64,000 bases of DNA from Utricularia gibba. Lineage: Eukaryota > Plantae > Magnoliophyta. Shown in pieces: positions 13,464 through 25,100 of the stretch. The notes under the pieces are model-generated. The model was not told where the DNA came from. It was given only the letters and a program-made list of their open reading frames with translations, and did not search any database. The stretch spans positions 4,526,001 to 4,590,000 of the forward strand of contig CM007991.1 of the NCBI GenBank assembly GCA_002189035.1, written 5' to 3'. The position numbers were made by a program, and so were the translations under genes. Position 1 is the first letter of the stretch. Every line of letters starts with the position of its first letter.

Positions 13464-16400
13464 TGTAACATGATTGTTTTTGAATCTTCCTCCTTAGCCT
13501 AAGTTCCCTCATTGCTCCAAACTGCTGCATAACACAACTTCATGGTATCATAGCTTTGTTTCGATCAATAAATCAGGTATAACACAACACACTACCATAC
13601 ACATCTCCATATACACTATTATCTCACTAACGATGCTGGAACAAAATCAGCACCAAAACCAACAATTTCATACCATTACAACCACCCCAACTCGATGAAA
13701 AGAACTATCTTATTTGGGCAGAAAAAATGAAGTGCTACATGCAAGCTCTCAGTCTATGGGTCACAGTAATCAAAGATCCACCAATAGAAAAGGAAGGAAA
13801 AACTAGAGAACTTACAAAAGAAGAAACAATGGCCAACTTGCAGGCATTGGTTGCAATCCATGACTCACTTACCGATGAAATGTTCCAGATGATTGTAAAC
13901 TGTGAAACAGCAAGGGAAGCTTGGAAAATACTTCAAGTGGAATTTTTAGGAACTGAAAACTCATGGCAATTAGAAAGATTAAATCTCTAGAGAGAATTTT
14001 ACCTGGTGAAGATGTCAAACTCAGACTCCATTCAATCGTTTGTTGACAATCTCTGAAATCTCACAAAATATGAGTGATATGGTTCTCGCTATCACCGAAA
14101 TTCATACCAGTGTATCTGCCAATGAAGAATCATTCAAAAAAGACAAACAAAGGTACTTGGAAACAAAAATTCTACAAGCTAGAATAAACTAGACAAGAAA
14201 AACTCATCCCTGATGGAATCAGTGATATCCTAATATCAAGAAAAATTATTAGAGACATGTATTATGTTCCAAGAACACATTACAACCTTATCAGTTATGC
14301 ACAATTACAAGAACAAGATATCACCTACACTCATAACAGAACCTCTATTACAGCTAGAGACTCAATCAAAAATGTACTTTTTAAGGCATAGCGACACCAC
14401 AAAGTATACCCCATCAAATTCTCTACCGAGGGCAGGGACAACATCTACCTAAGTAGCCTAATGATAGAAACTTGGCATCAAAGGTTTGGGCACATCTACC
14501 TGAAAAGTCTCCTTCACATGCAGTGACACAAACTAGTTGATGGAATTTCTGAATTGACACAGCCATATGCTCTATCTGTCATCAAGGAAAAATGAGTAAA
14601 TTTCCTTTGACTCACAAACCTGGAAAAGCACTCGAAAATTAAAGCTTGTGCACTTCGATGTATGTGGATCCATGAGTTGCACTACTCCAAGTGGTAACCG
14701 TTACTTTTTGTTGTTCATTGACGATTTTACTAAATATGGCTGGATTTTTCTCTTGAAGCATCGATCTCAGGTTCTTCACTATTTCAAACTCTTCAAGGCT
14801 ACAATCGAAAATGAAACCAAGGAATGAATTCTTAAGCTACGAACAGATAATGGAGGGGAATACTCACCCACTGAGCTGATCACACTTTGTGAGTCTCAGG
14901 TATCAAGCACGAGTTAACCATGCCGTATAGTCCCAGTAGAATGGAACCTCAGAACCGAAAAAAGGGCTATTATGAATATGAGACACTGTGTACTGTTTCA
15001 AAAACACTTACCCAGCTATTTTTGGGGGAAGCAGCAAATACTTCAATTTATCTTCTAAATCGATCTGACACCTATTCCTTATCCAACAAAACTCCGTATA
15101 AAGTCTGGCATGGGGCACCTCCTTGAGTGAAAAAATTGAGAGTCTTTGGAAGTCTCTCTTTCATCCATGTTCCTCAAGAAAGACACCACCGAAAATTGGA
15201 TAAATTGGCAGACATTGGAATCTTCCTAGGTTACAATAATATCTCCAAGGCATATAGGGTGTTTAATCTAGAGATGCACAAAATTGTTACTAGTCCAGAT
15301 GTACTAGTAGATGAACAAAAATGTTGGGATTGGACTCCATAAAATATCCCTACTTCATACACATAGGCTGACCTATTTAAAGAGCTCTTTCCCATTACGG
15401 AAGATGTCTCTTTGGATGAAATGTAGCATTCAGCCACCAGCTCAACCACTCTTGATGATACTTCACTGCTCCAACAACTTGATGACACTGATACTTGTGC
15501 AAGGGTACCGAGATATCAGTCAAATATATTCCCATTATTTATTTACTCAAGAACAAATTATTTGGGATGCTGCCTACCAGGATCCTTCTTGGAAAGCCAT
15601 CATGGACTCTGAAATACAATCCATTGAGAAGAATAGAATATGGGAATTAGTCTCCAAGCCACCCAACCAGAAAATAATTGGTGTCAAATGGATCTTTCGC
15701 ACAAAATTAAATGTCAATGGAACAATGAACAAGCTGAAAGCTCGTCTGGTTGCTCAAGGCTATTCTCAAGTACTTGAGATAGATTTTAGTGAGACTTTTG
15801 CGCTTGTTGCACACCTTGACACCATCAAATTGCTGATCGCATTGGCTGCTTGTAATTATTGAGACATTCTTCACCTTGATGTCAAGAGCGCCTTTGTTGA
15901 ATGAGAGCCTGCAAGAGGAAGTCTATGTTCAACAATCTCCCAATTTATTCAAACAGGGGAAGAAAATAAAGTATTGCTGTTCCACAAAGCTCTATATGGT
16001 CTGAAGCAAGCTCCACATGCCTGGTATACTATAATTGACTCATATTTTCAATCTATACGCTTCCAAAGGAGCAAAAATGACACCACACTCTATAAAATGA
16101 AGAAGGAAGCAAAATATCTCATGTGTCCCTCTACGTTAGCGACATACTCCTTACTAAAAATGACCACCATATAATGGTACAAGAAAAACAGCAACTTATG
16201 ATTACATTTGAGATGACCAACTTAGGGATGATGAGCTACTTCTTAGGGTTAGAGATCAAGTACACACTTGACTATATCTACTTGAACCAATGAAAATATA
16301 CAGCTGATTTTGTCAAGAAGTATAATATGAGCAATGTGAAGCCTGCCAGTGTCCCTGCAATGAAGGCTGACCAAGTTAATGAAGGAGAAACTTCAAATGA

Positions 16401-17109
16401 AAAAATTTACAATAGCATGATCAACTCATTTATGTACTTATCTGCTACTAGACCTAACATTTGTTTTTCTATGAGTTATCTCTTAAAATACCTATGGAAA
16501 CCCCACAAAAATCACATGGATGCAGCAAAAAATTTTATCAAATATCTGCATTCAACGATGGTCTATGGACTAGCATTCAAAAAGGTCATATGTATGAATT
16601 TAATAGGCTTCATTGACTCTGATTACACAAGAAGCTTTGAGGACTCAAGGAGCACAAGTGGTACCTATTCACATTCGGATTGGGAGCCAAGGGGAGATCT
16701 GACTTCTCTCTCATCTTTCCTCCCTTTTTGTCCAAAATCTCTCTTTTTCCTCCTTGGATTTTGTGTGTACCACTTTTAAAACATTTGGACTCATCTTCTG
16801 CCACGCATATTCGGCTCCTTGGAATTCGTGTTGCGACATGCACTGCATTGCTCGAGTAAAACTATTAGAAGGTTGAGACTAAATCGTAGATTTAATCCCA
16901 ACTAAGACTAAAATAACACAATTGCGGTATTTATACGCAAAAATATAAAACTATATAGTAAAACTAAATTTTTGTAGCACAATATGAATCTTTTCCATGC
17001 ACTCAATCACTTAAAAATATGTGTTATCAATGTAACATAAATTTTTTTGAATCTTTCTCCTAAGCCTAAGTTCCCTTGTTGCTCCAAACAGCTGCATAAC
17101 ACAACTTCA
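13464..17109 (+). mobile_element. Degenerate Ty1/copia element B
   Basis: 79-bp direct repeats 13464-13542 and 17031-17109, PBS-like TGGTATCATAGC 13543-13554, gag (CETAREAWKILQ), integrase (RTDNGGEY, LRVFGS), RT ([40 protein letters not shown]), RNase H truncated near 16670. No TSD found. Confidence 0.85.
16690..17009 (-). mobile_element. Truncated gypsy-type LTR fragment inserted at the 3' end of copia B
   Basis: Minus strand begins TGATTGAGTGCATGG in the style of Athila/Tat LTR starts. It replaces the RNase H end and PPT of element B. Confidence 0.45.
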
Positions 17110-18779
17110 AAAGTTAATCTCTGTTTCTTTCTCTTTTCTTACTTATGTACCAGAACGGTTGATGTCAATGTGAGTATTTCCCTCTTTGTCGATTTTTTTG
17201 ATTGTATCTCTTATTAACAATAATACATTTCCCTATTTAAGAGAATGGCCAATGATGCTGTGAGACTATGCTGACTTGACAACCTAGTGTTCTATGTCGA
17301 AGAGGTCTTAAACCTATTTATCAGATGAGAGGAGCAGAGGTCCTATCACTTGAGATTCTATTGGCTTTTATTAGATTGATTCATGGCATCACATCACCAC
17401 ATCATGCAGGTAGTCCTTTACTTCATTCTCGTCAGGCAACGCTTGCTCAATAACCTCTCACATAAAGTATGAAAAGATTGTATAAAGGTAAGTAGATCTC
17501 ATTGCATAATATATTATTATAAAATTATTTGATATTGTGGATATGGATGCAAATTTAATAGGAAGATTCGTTTTTCCTCACTCCATCATGCGTTTGAAAT
17601 TAGGAAAATGCCAAAACTTAACACTTCTATTTCTTAATTTGACAATTTATGCCATTATTTATATTAAATTAATATATCCATTGCTTTTAATTTTGAATTC
17701 ATTAAAATAATAAATTTCTTGTCTATTTTCTACTTTGTAATATTGTACTTTTTCTATTTTTTTAATTGATGTTTTTATATTAATAAATATTTTTTGTTTA
17801 TAAAAATTGTTTTTTTTCATTGATAATAATAATAATAATAACATTTTTTATGTTTTTTTGTTATTCATACTTTTAAATTTTTGTATGGATTATTTTTTTC
17901 GTTATGACAATATGTAATATGTACTATAAATGAGTTTGTATAGCTATTAAAACTTTATTATATTTATACAAATTGGTTTTTGATTTCCAATATGAATATT
18001 GATTTTCAAAGATATTTAATTTATTTTTTCCTCATTTGTAATGTTTCATCATTTTCATGATTTTGAAAATATATGGCATAAATAATGAAATCTAAAAATA
18101 AGTGCGGTTGATTTTAGTATTTTTTTTTATAAAAAATGGCATAAATTGTAATATAAAATTAATTTATGGTAAAATTAACTATTAGAAAATACATGTGTCA
18201 TAAATTACCAAATCAATAAACATAAGTGTCATTGATAGTAATTCTACAATTGCACAAAAACCGTCGAAATAATAAAATAAGATCATATTCATTAAAATTT
18301 ATTATTGAATTTTTTTTTCAAATAAAGACTTAAAAAACTGAAAATAAAAAAAAGATTTTGTTTAAAAACAATAATAAAAGTGAAATTGAATCTAAGATCC
18401 ACATTGCTCCAAACTCATCCAAACTTGTGTGTACAAATCTTGAGCACTGACCTACTTACAAGGTGTTATTCTAAAATAGTGCTACACGATGATCGTTATA
18501 ACAACGTCCTTCGTCTAGTAGGATTATAGTTTCAATCATGCCACTAGAGTCATTTTACATCCTGAACCCACATTTTCCTCACACCAAAATCTATCTCCTA
18601 TACTTCACATCTCGCAGACATAATGTACTTTACCAATGATGTTCGATTGAGTCCTTCGACTTAAGTATTTGAGGCCAATCTTTGATTCTCTCGCACTCCT
18701 TTCAAATTACGTGATACTAAATAGCACGTTGGTAAAGAAACACATTGCGAAAAATAAAATCAAACATCAATTTAAATGT

Positions 18780-19362
18780 CGAAAAATATAAAACAGTTAT
18801 AAGCACAGGATTTATACAAGCAAAGCTTCACCACAGATTGTTAGTCACAAGCGCTCATACGCACATGTTCGATTCTAAACAACAAAAGTTGATGAAAAAT
18901 GAAAGAAAATAAATCAAAAACATGTTGGATTCGACTCTAAACTCTAAAAGTGACTCTTCTTTTTTATCTTCGGATTCTAGCCCTATATAATAATGAGGAT
19001 TTGTCAAGTTTTCTTGATGTGTTCATATCAAATCTTATATTCGGATCTTCTAAGATGTAATGCAGATCTTTTGTGATAAGATCTAAATTTTCCAAAGTAA
19101 GATGTGAATTTTATCTTATTCGAGAATTTTTGACTGAGTCTTCATTCGGATAGATCAAATCTTTGACTCTACCAAAGTCAACACAAAAATCTTCCAAATT
19201 ATACCAAAATTGTCCTGAAAAATCACAAAACACAATTCTTCTCCAAAAAGATCAAAGTGACATGAAATACATTATTCTTTAAAAGCATAAGAAAAAAGGA
19301 ATAAAAAGAAAGCAAAACCATACTTAAAGAATCCTAAAAAATGATACAAAATCACTTATCAA
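18780..19362 (-). mobile_element. Probable gypsy-type LTR fragment
   Basis: Minus strand begins TGATAAGTGATTTTGTATC, a typical Athila/Tat LTR start. The other end is uncertain and there is no TSD. Confidence 0.4.
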
Positions 19363-20038
19363 GCATGTTTTTTGAATTCCCTGTTTAAAATTTCTAAACC
19401 CTCATTCTTTCCAAACCCACAAAAATCCAATTCTCATGAATTGGGTAAGGTAGAAGAATATCCACCTGTTTTTTTTTCTTTTTACTATCCTTGTATTCAA
19501 GTCATAGGTTCTGAATTTTAGATTACACAATTTTCATGAAATCATATATTCATATCTTAATAGATCAAATTTATTAATATATCCTTTTTGAAACTTGCAG
19601 ATCTTAAAACTTTCTTTGTTGTCGATAAATAAAACCTCCTCAATTTACATTTACCAAACACAAGTCGAGCCAAGCTTTTTGCCAAAATCTTGAGCTCAAG
19701 CTCGATTGCATACCTTTTGGGCTAAAGCTAATGCTTGATAGCTTGTTTTTTAGAATTCTAGATTGATGTTTTTGTAATAAAAAAACTATTAATATTTGTT
19801 AGCCTCAAAAGCATAAAATATTTCACGTTGCGAAATATCCATTTTTTTTTCTTCTGTGTAAATATGAATCATATTTTTTACTTTTATTTTTAAAAAATAA
19901 AGTTAGCAAACTAGCTCAGGAGCTCAATGTTCTGAACCTCAAACTCAAAACATAAGGAATTGACGGCTCACACTGGATTGCACCCCAAGAGTAACGGCTC
20001 CAAAGCCCAAATGCAAGCGGGCAGGTGTGGCCCATACC

Positions 20039-20210
20039 CACGTGGATCCTCCGGACATGCAACATTCCCAAATTAATTGCTTTAGGCTGTTTAGGAGGCA
20101 CATCTACCTGGAACTACACGTGGCCGAGGAACCCTACCGCGTGTTGTTAACGCCGTGACCCTTAGCTAACGGACCGGAGGAGAAGAAAGTCGTTGCGATT
20201 CATCCACGTG
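20039..20210 (+). promoter_or_regulatory. Cluster of three G-boxes (CACGTG), one a full ABRE (ACACGTGGC)
   Basis: CACGTG at 20039-20044, 20117-20122 and 20205-20210, all within 270 bp upstream of the ATG at 20304. Confidence 0.45.
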
Positions 20211-20303
20211 TTCCTCCCGCGTAGACAGAATCTTCCCGTTAACCCTAGTTCTCTATTCTGAGTCCGCCGGTAACGTCTCTTTTTCGGATAACACACACAG
20301 CCA

Positions 20304-21769
20304 ATGGGAAAGTTGATCTGCGACTCCACTGCGGCGGCTGCGCCGCCTCCGGTGATCTCCTGGTGGGATTCTGCCACCACGCCTTCCTCGGATCTGAGCG
20401 GCCAGATTTCGCCGGCGCCGTTGCCGGAGATAACTTGGGAAAGAGTGCCTGGTTTGGAGGACCAACAGAAGAGGCATCTGAGTCGTTTGTGCAGTAAGGG
20501 GGTTCTCTGGAAACACCCAGAGGACAAGAATCGAAGCATTATTTTCCGGTTGATGCACGGGGGGGAGGTGGAGGCGGACGGGAATTGCCTCTTCACGGCT
20601 GCGCGTAGATCTATGGGTGTCGATGCGTCCGCGCGTGACCTTAGGACGAGAACGGTGAAAAGGTTCTTGGAGGATCTCGGATCCGTGGATGAGGAAACCA
20701 ACAAGTTTATTCAATCGGCGATTCGGAATATGTATTCGCCAGATCTGAAGTCTGGTTGGGGGATCCATGTTGTTCAGGAGGTTAAGCTTTTGGCTAAGAA
20801 ACAAGAAAGGCAGGCATTGGATTCCGCCATCGGTGAGCTTCTCCATCTAGAGATGCAGAGGTAAATATGTGTTCAATTTTCCCAAAATCCCACAACGTCA
20901 CTAGTGTATCAGATCTGAAGAATCCAGAAGCATAATTTCACTCTCCTCGCCATTATTACCTTCTGTTGGCGTTGCAAACACAGACTTCCGGATAACTAAC
21001 CATTTGGTTTGTTCATTCATATGTTTGATTACTGAAGGGAAGTGGCAGCAGAGTCCATATACAAAGAAAGATGCTTACCTGTTGAGGATGGGGCGAGCTG
21101 GGCGAAGTATATGTCCATTTCTGGATCACCGGATGACGAATACGATATCATCACTCTGCAGTACACCGAAGATGGCCTATTAACCGTAGACGAGAACAGA
21201 GATGGCCGTGCGGCTGCATTCGGTGATGACATTGCTATCGAGTGTCTTGCCACGGAGTTCAAAAGAGAGATCTATGTGGTAAAGGGATAATCTTTGCTTG
21301 CTTTTTATTATCACCAAAGTCGCTGCTGTACGTTTGGTTGGTGGATAAAGTTGACAATGGACGGGCCTTGAGGAATAAGTGTGACTCATTCTTCATTTAT
21401 GATGCGGCTTATGGTATTATATTCATTCAAGAAACCCCAAGATTGAATCTCTAATGGTGGCTCTTTGTTTCCTTTAGGTACAGGCTCATGGATCTGATGG
21501 TATGGTGGATGAGGAAAACTGTGTTTTCTTCTTACCTCACCGCCCAAGAAGTGAAATATGTGGGCATCCCGTCTTCCTTTTCATGAAGGGAACAGGTGAG
21601 TGAGAGAGAATTCCTGTAAAAATGATTCTGGTGGAAAGTAAACTTACCCAGAGCAATGGCCGGCATCAACTGTGCAGGATGGTGCGGTGCGGGTGCTGAC
21701 CATTACGAGCCTCTCATTGCCCATGGCTCAACCCCCGTTTCCCAGGAGAAAGCCGCCTTCGTGCTTTAG
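20304..21769 (+). CDS. OTU-like cysteine-protease-fold protein, 4 exons
   Basis: Exons 20304-20860, 21038-21278, 21478-21595, 21678-21769, all GT-AG with consistent phase. Motif EADGNCLF (Asp, Cys) and C-terminal GADHYEPL (His). Confidence 0.85.
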
Positions 21770-22171
21770 GGGGTTGCCGCGTAGCCGTGCGTGTGTAGGA
21801 GTAGACGACAATTCCAAACGCTGGCTGAGTAGTATTCTTTTGCGATTTGTTGTCATTCAATTCATTTTTGTTGGCGAACACCTGCCTGCAGCAGCGAGCT
21901 CCCGCTGAAGTCGGCTTCTTTTGTTGTGAGAGATTTTTTCGGAGAATAGTGTAGCTGTCTGGAGTGTAGAGTAGAAGAGCAAGAGCTCAAGCTACGTTGT
22001 ATTTTGACACCATTCCTGATTCTGCTTGTCTTCATTCCATTTTTTTCTGGGTACTGGGGAGGGAGGCCCTCGGAAGAAAAGAACAAATCTGTGCTTTGAC
22101 GGCAACTGTACATGTCTCATCCTCAAAGATACATTTGCTCCTCCTCCTTCTATACGAAAAATCTTGTGGTA

Positions 22172-25100
22172 TTAGTCATCAAGTCGTTGTATTTCGCCCA
22201 TCAGGATTCGATTGCTAGAGACCTTGAAGCCGAGAAGAGCGGGATCGATATGCCTTCCCTTCTTCCCCTTCTTCTTGTTGCTTCTTGCAACAGCATCTGA
22301 TGCTTCGGCTGGGACACGACTGTTTTCTTGCGGGTTCGCCTTCTTCGAACTGCTTCGAAGCATCTCACTGAAGGACGTCTCTAATACATCCGCATCATTG
22401 CACGATGATGCTCCTCGGAGCTGGCCATCGTTTCTAACCGACGCATCCGAATTTCCTGTTGGGAGGAGGTAGAAATATCAGCAAGGTGTTTGATTCAAGG
22501 GAAAAGTGAAGCAAAATCACATCATACCATCGGTAACTGACACAACTGAGGGGCTTCCTCTTACAACAGGATCAGGAGTAAACTCCGATAGTCCTTCTGT
22601 GGAGGATGCAGCCCGGGGGCAGGTGGGCGTCTCAGCAAAACATTCTCAGGGACTCTCGAAGTGGAATTTTTTAGCCTGATATTACAAAACATGCATTAGA
22701 GATGAATAAAAGAAGCTAGCACCAATAAGGGCTCCAGATCAATGGAAACTTCACCTAGAATAACCCAAACCTAGAAAAAAAACTAATGAGTTAAAAGAGA
22801 TAATTATATGCACTCAAAGCACGTCTAATGAAATTCAAAGGTGCTATTCCAAGAAAAAAAATAGCCATTGAGTTCCATGGACCTGTTTTTAAGGAATTCA
22901 CTTGAAATTAAATTCAGCCCAGACTCACCTTTCCATGGTAGCAATATCCATGTGTGAGTCCCCGAATCCAGGATTTGTGTCAAGTCCTGAGAATTGTAGA
23001 GAACATCCAATTCCTAAGTGCTATATTAGAGCAAATGCAGCAAGAGAATACGCCAAGAGTCACAGACATACCAGTAGAGCTAAATGACTGATGCATACGG
23101 AGGACATTGAGTCGTGTGTCTCCATCAGCAGATGGTCGGGCAGCTACCAGACCTTCGTGACTCTCTCGCATCATTCCCTGAAAAGCCATCACTATTACGT
23201 GCTATAATTTGGGTAACACTCTTTGAAATAATTTTATAAAGACCCCACCTCTGAGATATCATCTGTGCCAGGAATGAACGCTTCTCCTTCATCTAATGCC
23301 CCAACTTTGTTTTTGAACAGCAATCTGGAAGTTTCCCTAACACTTGTGCCATCAAAGAATCGAATTTGAGGTTGTCCACCAGATTCAGAAACATATGACT
23401 TAATTCCGCCGTGATCATAACCCTTTTCAGAAAGAACATCAATAGATTGATCTGACATTATCGCACATTGATGAAATCCCGAAGCAGACCTTCGCTCTTG
23501 AGGCATCCGGCATGCATCCTCAAAATGCCCACTTGATGCATGGCCGCCAGATTTCTGCTGCAACAGTTCCATCAGCAAACGCTTTGAACTATCATCATTA
23601 TCAGCTAACATCCACAAATTAGGGTCTTCGTTAATGCGTTTTGCTGCTAATTCCCGTCTTGAATCCAGCCACTCATTTGACGGATGAGCATTTCTGTCAG
23701 ACCAACTGGCTTCTACAATTTCCGCAGGTGAAGAATGGAATCGGTTTTGTGATAATAGATTTTTGGTATGCAGCGGGTAAGCACCAGCCTCACCAGACGA
23801 GCACAACCAAGCAAGCTGGTCCTGCATTTCTAAACCTTGAGAGTGACTCAACATTTCCCGGGTTAGACCAGTAGACTCAGGAAGTGAGAGTGAGCGTTCA
23901 AAATGTGGTACTGCCGCATCATAAAGACTATGCTGAAATCTGTCTTGTGCTGGAAGATTGTTCTCTAGATCCTTGGTATGCTCCTTCACACCTGGAGAAT
24001 TTCGGGAAGAGAACTCCATACGGCCAAAAGCAGATGGCGTTCTTAGAAAGTCATCACGGTTCCTGTGAAATTGACTAGCCTCATCAATCGGCCAGCCTGC
24101 ATTGATTTGCCTTCCATCTTCCATTTCTAGCCGCTGCCTCAGTCCAAAAGGCAACTGCCTACCATGCAACTGATCTTGCTGATTAGCATGATGATCCAGG
24201 GCATGCATCTGCCCATGCCTCTCGTGCAGTATGAGATCCACTAAGTCGGTTTGATTCCCCTGGCGGGCCCATTGACCATATTTTGATTGCATAATCTGCT
24301 GAAAGCCTGATTCAAGATGCCTTGAAGAAAAATGGGAACTCAGCTGTAAATCATTAAGGATTTGCTGCTGCTTTAGCAAAGTCAGTTCGAATTCAGAATT
24401 AAATCTCAGCACATCCACATCATGCTGCCCGTGTCCAGGTTCATGCATTTGATCAAACATAAATTGTCTGGAGTGAGACTTCTGCTGTTTCAACAGCATT
24501 TTCTGTTCATGGAACTGCTGCTGTTGTTGAAGTTGCAGCTGCCTCTGCTGCTGCAACTGTAGGGCCAACATATGCATTGCATCTTGTCCTGCCTGGTTTG
24601 AAAGTGCATTGTGGCTCATCTTTATTCCATCATTCATGTACGCATTATTAGGCAGCATCATATCCTGCTGCTGCAGATACTGAGGCAACATCTTCTCAGA
24701 TGAACTGGGATGCTTACGCTCTGCATTCATCCTTGCAGAATGGCTAGTGTCTAAAACTCCCTGATGGAAGTTGGAATCAGAATACATATTACCACCAGAA
24801 ACACCATTCCACGAATCAGAGGACGAATTCAAATCCTTTCTCATCCCAACCGAAGCAAACCTTCCAGAAAGAGGATCCATAAGCTTCCCTGTATCTCCTT
24901 TCAAATGAGGTGCTGGATCATTCTTTGAGTATGTATTTTCCAGTTCAGACCACAACAAATGCAGGGACTTACGATCCATCTGGTTTTCCGTGCCATGTTC
25001 AATTAGTTCATTAGGAGGATAGAATTGGTTGCTAGAATTTGTAACAGGGTTAACATAACCTAATGGCATCATCCCCACAGCACCGCCACTACTTCCAGGT

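Noticed and set aside
20253-20846. Minus-strand ORFs over OTU-like exon 1
   Set aside because: Antisense or alternative-frame shadows of a real coding exon.
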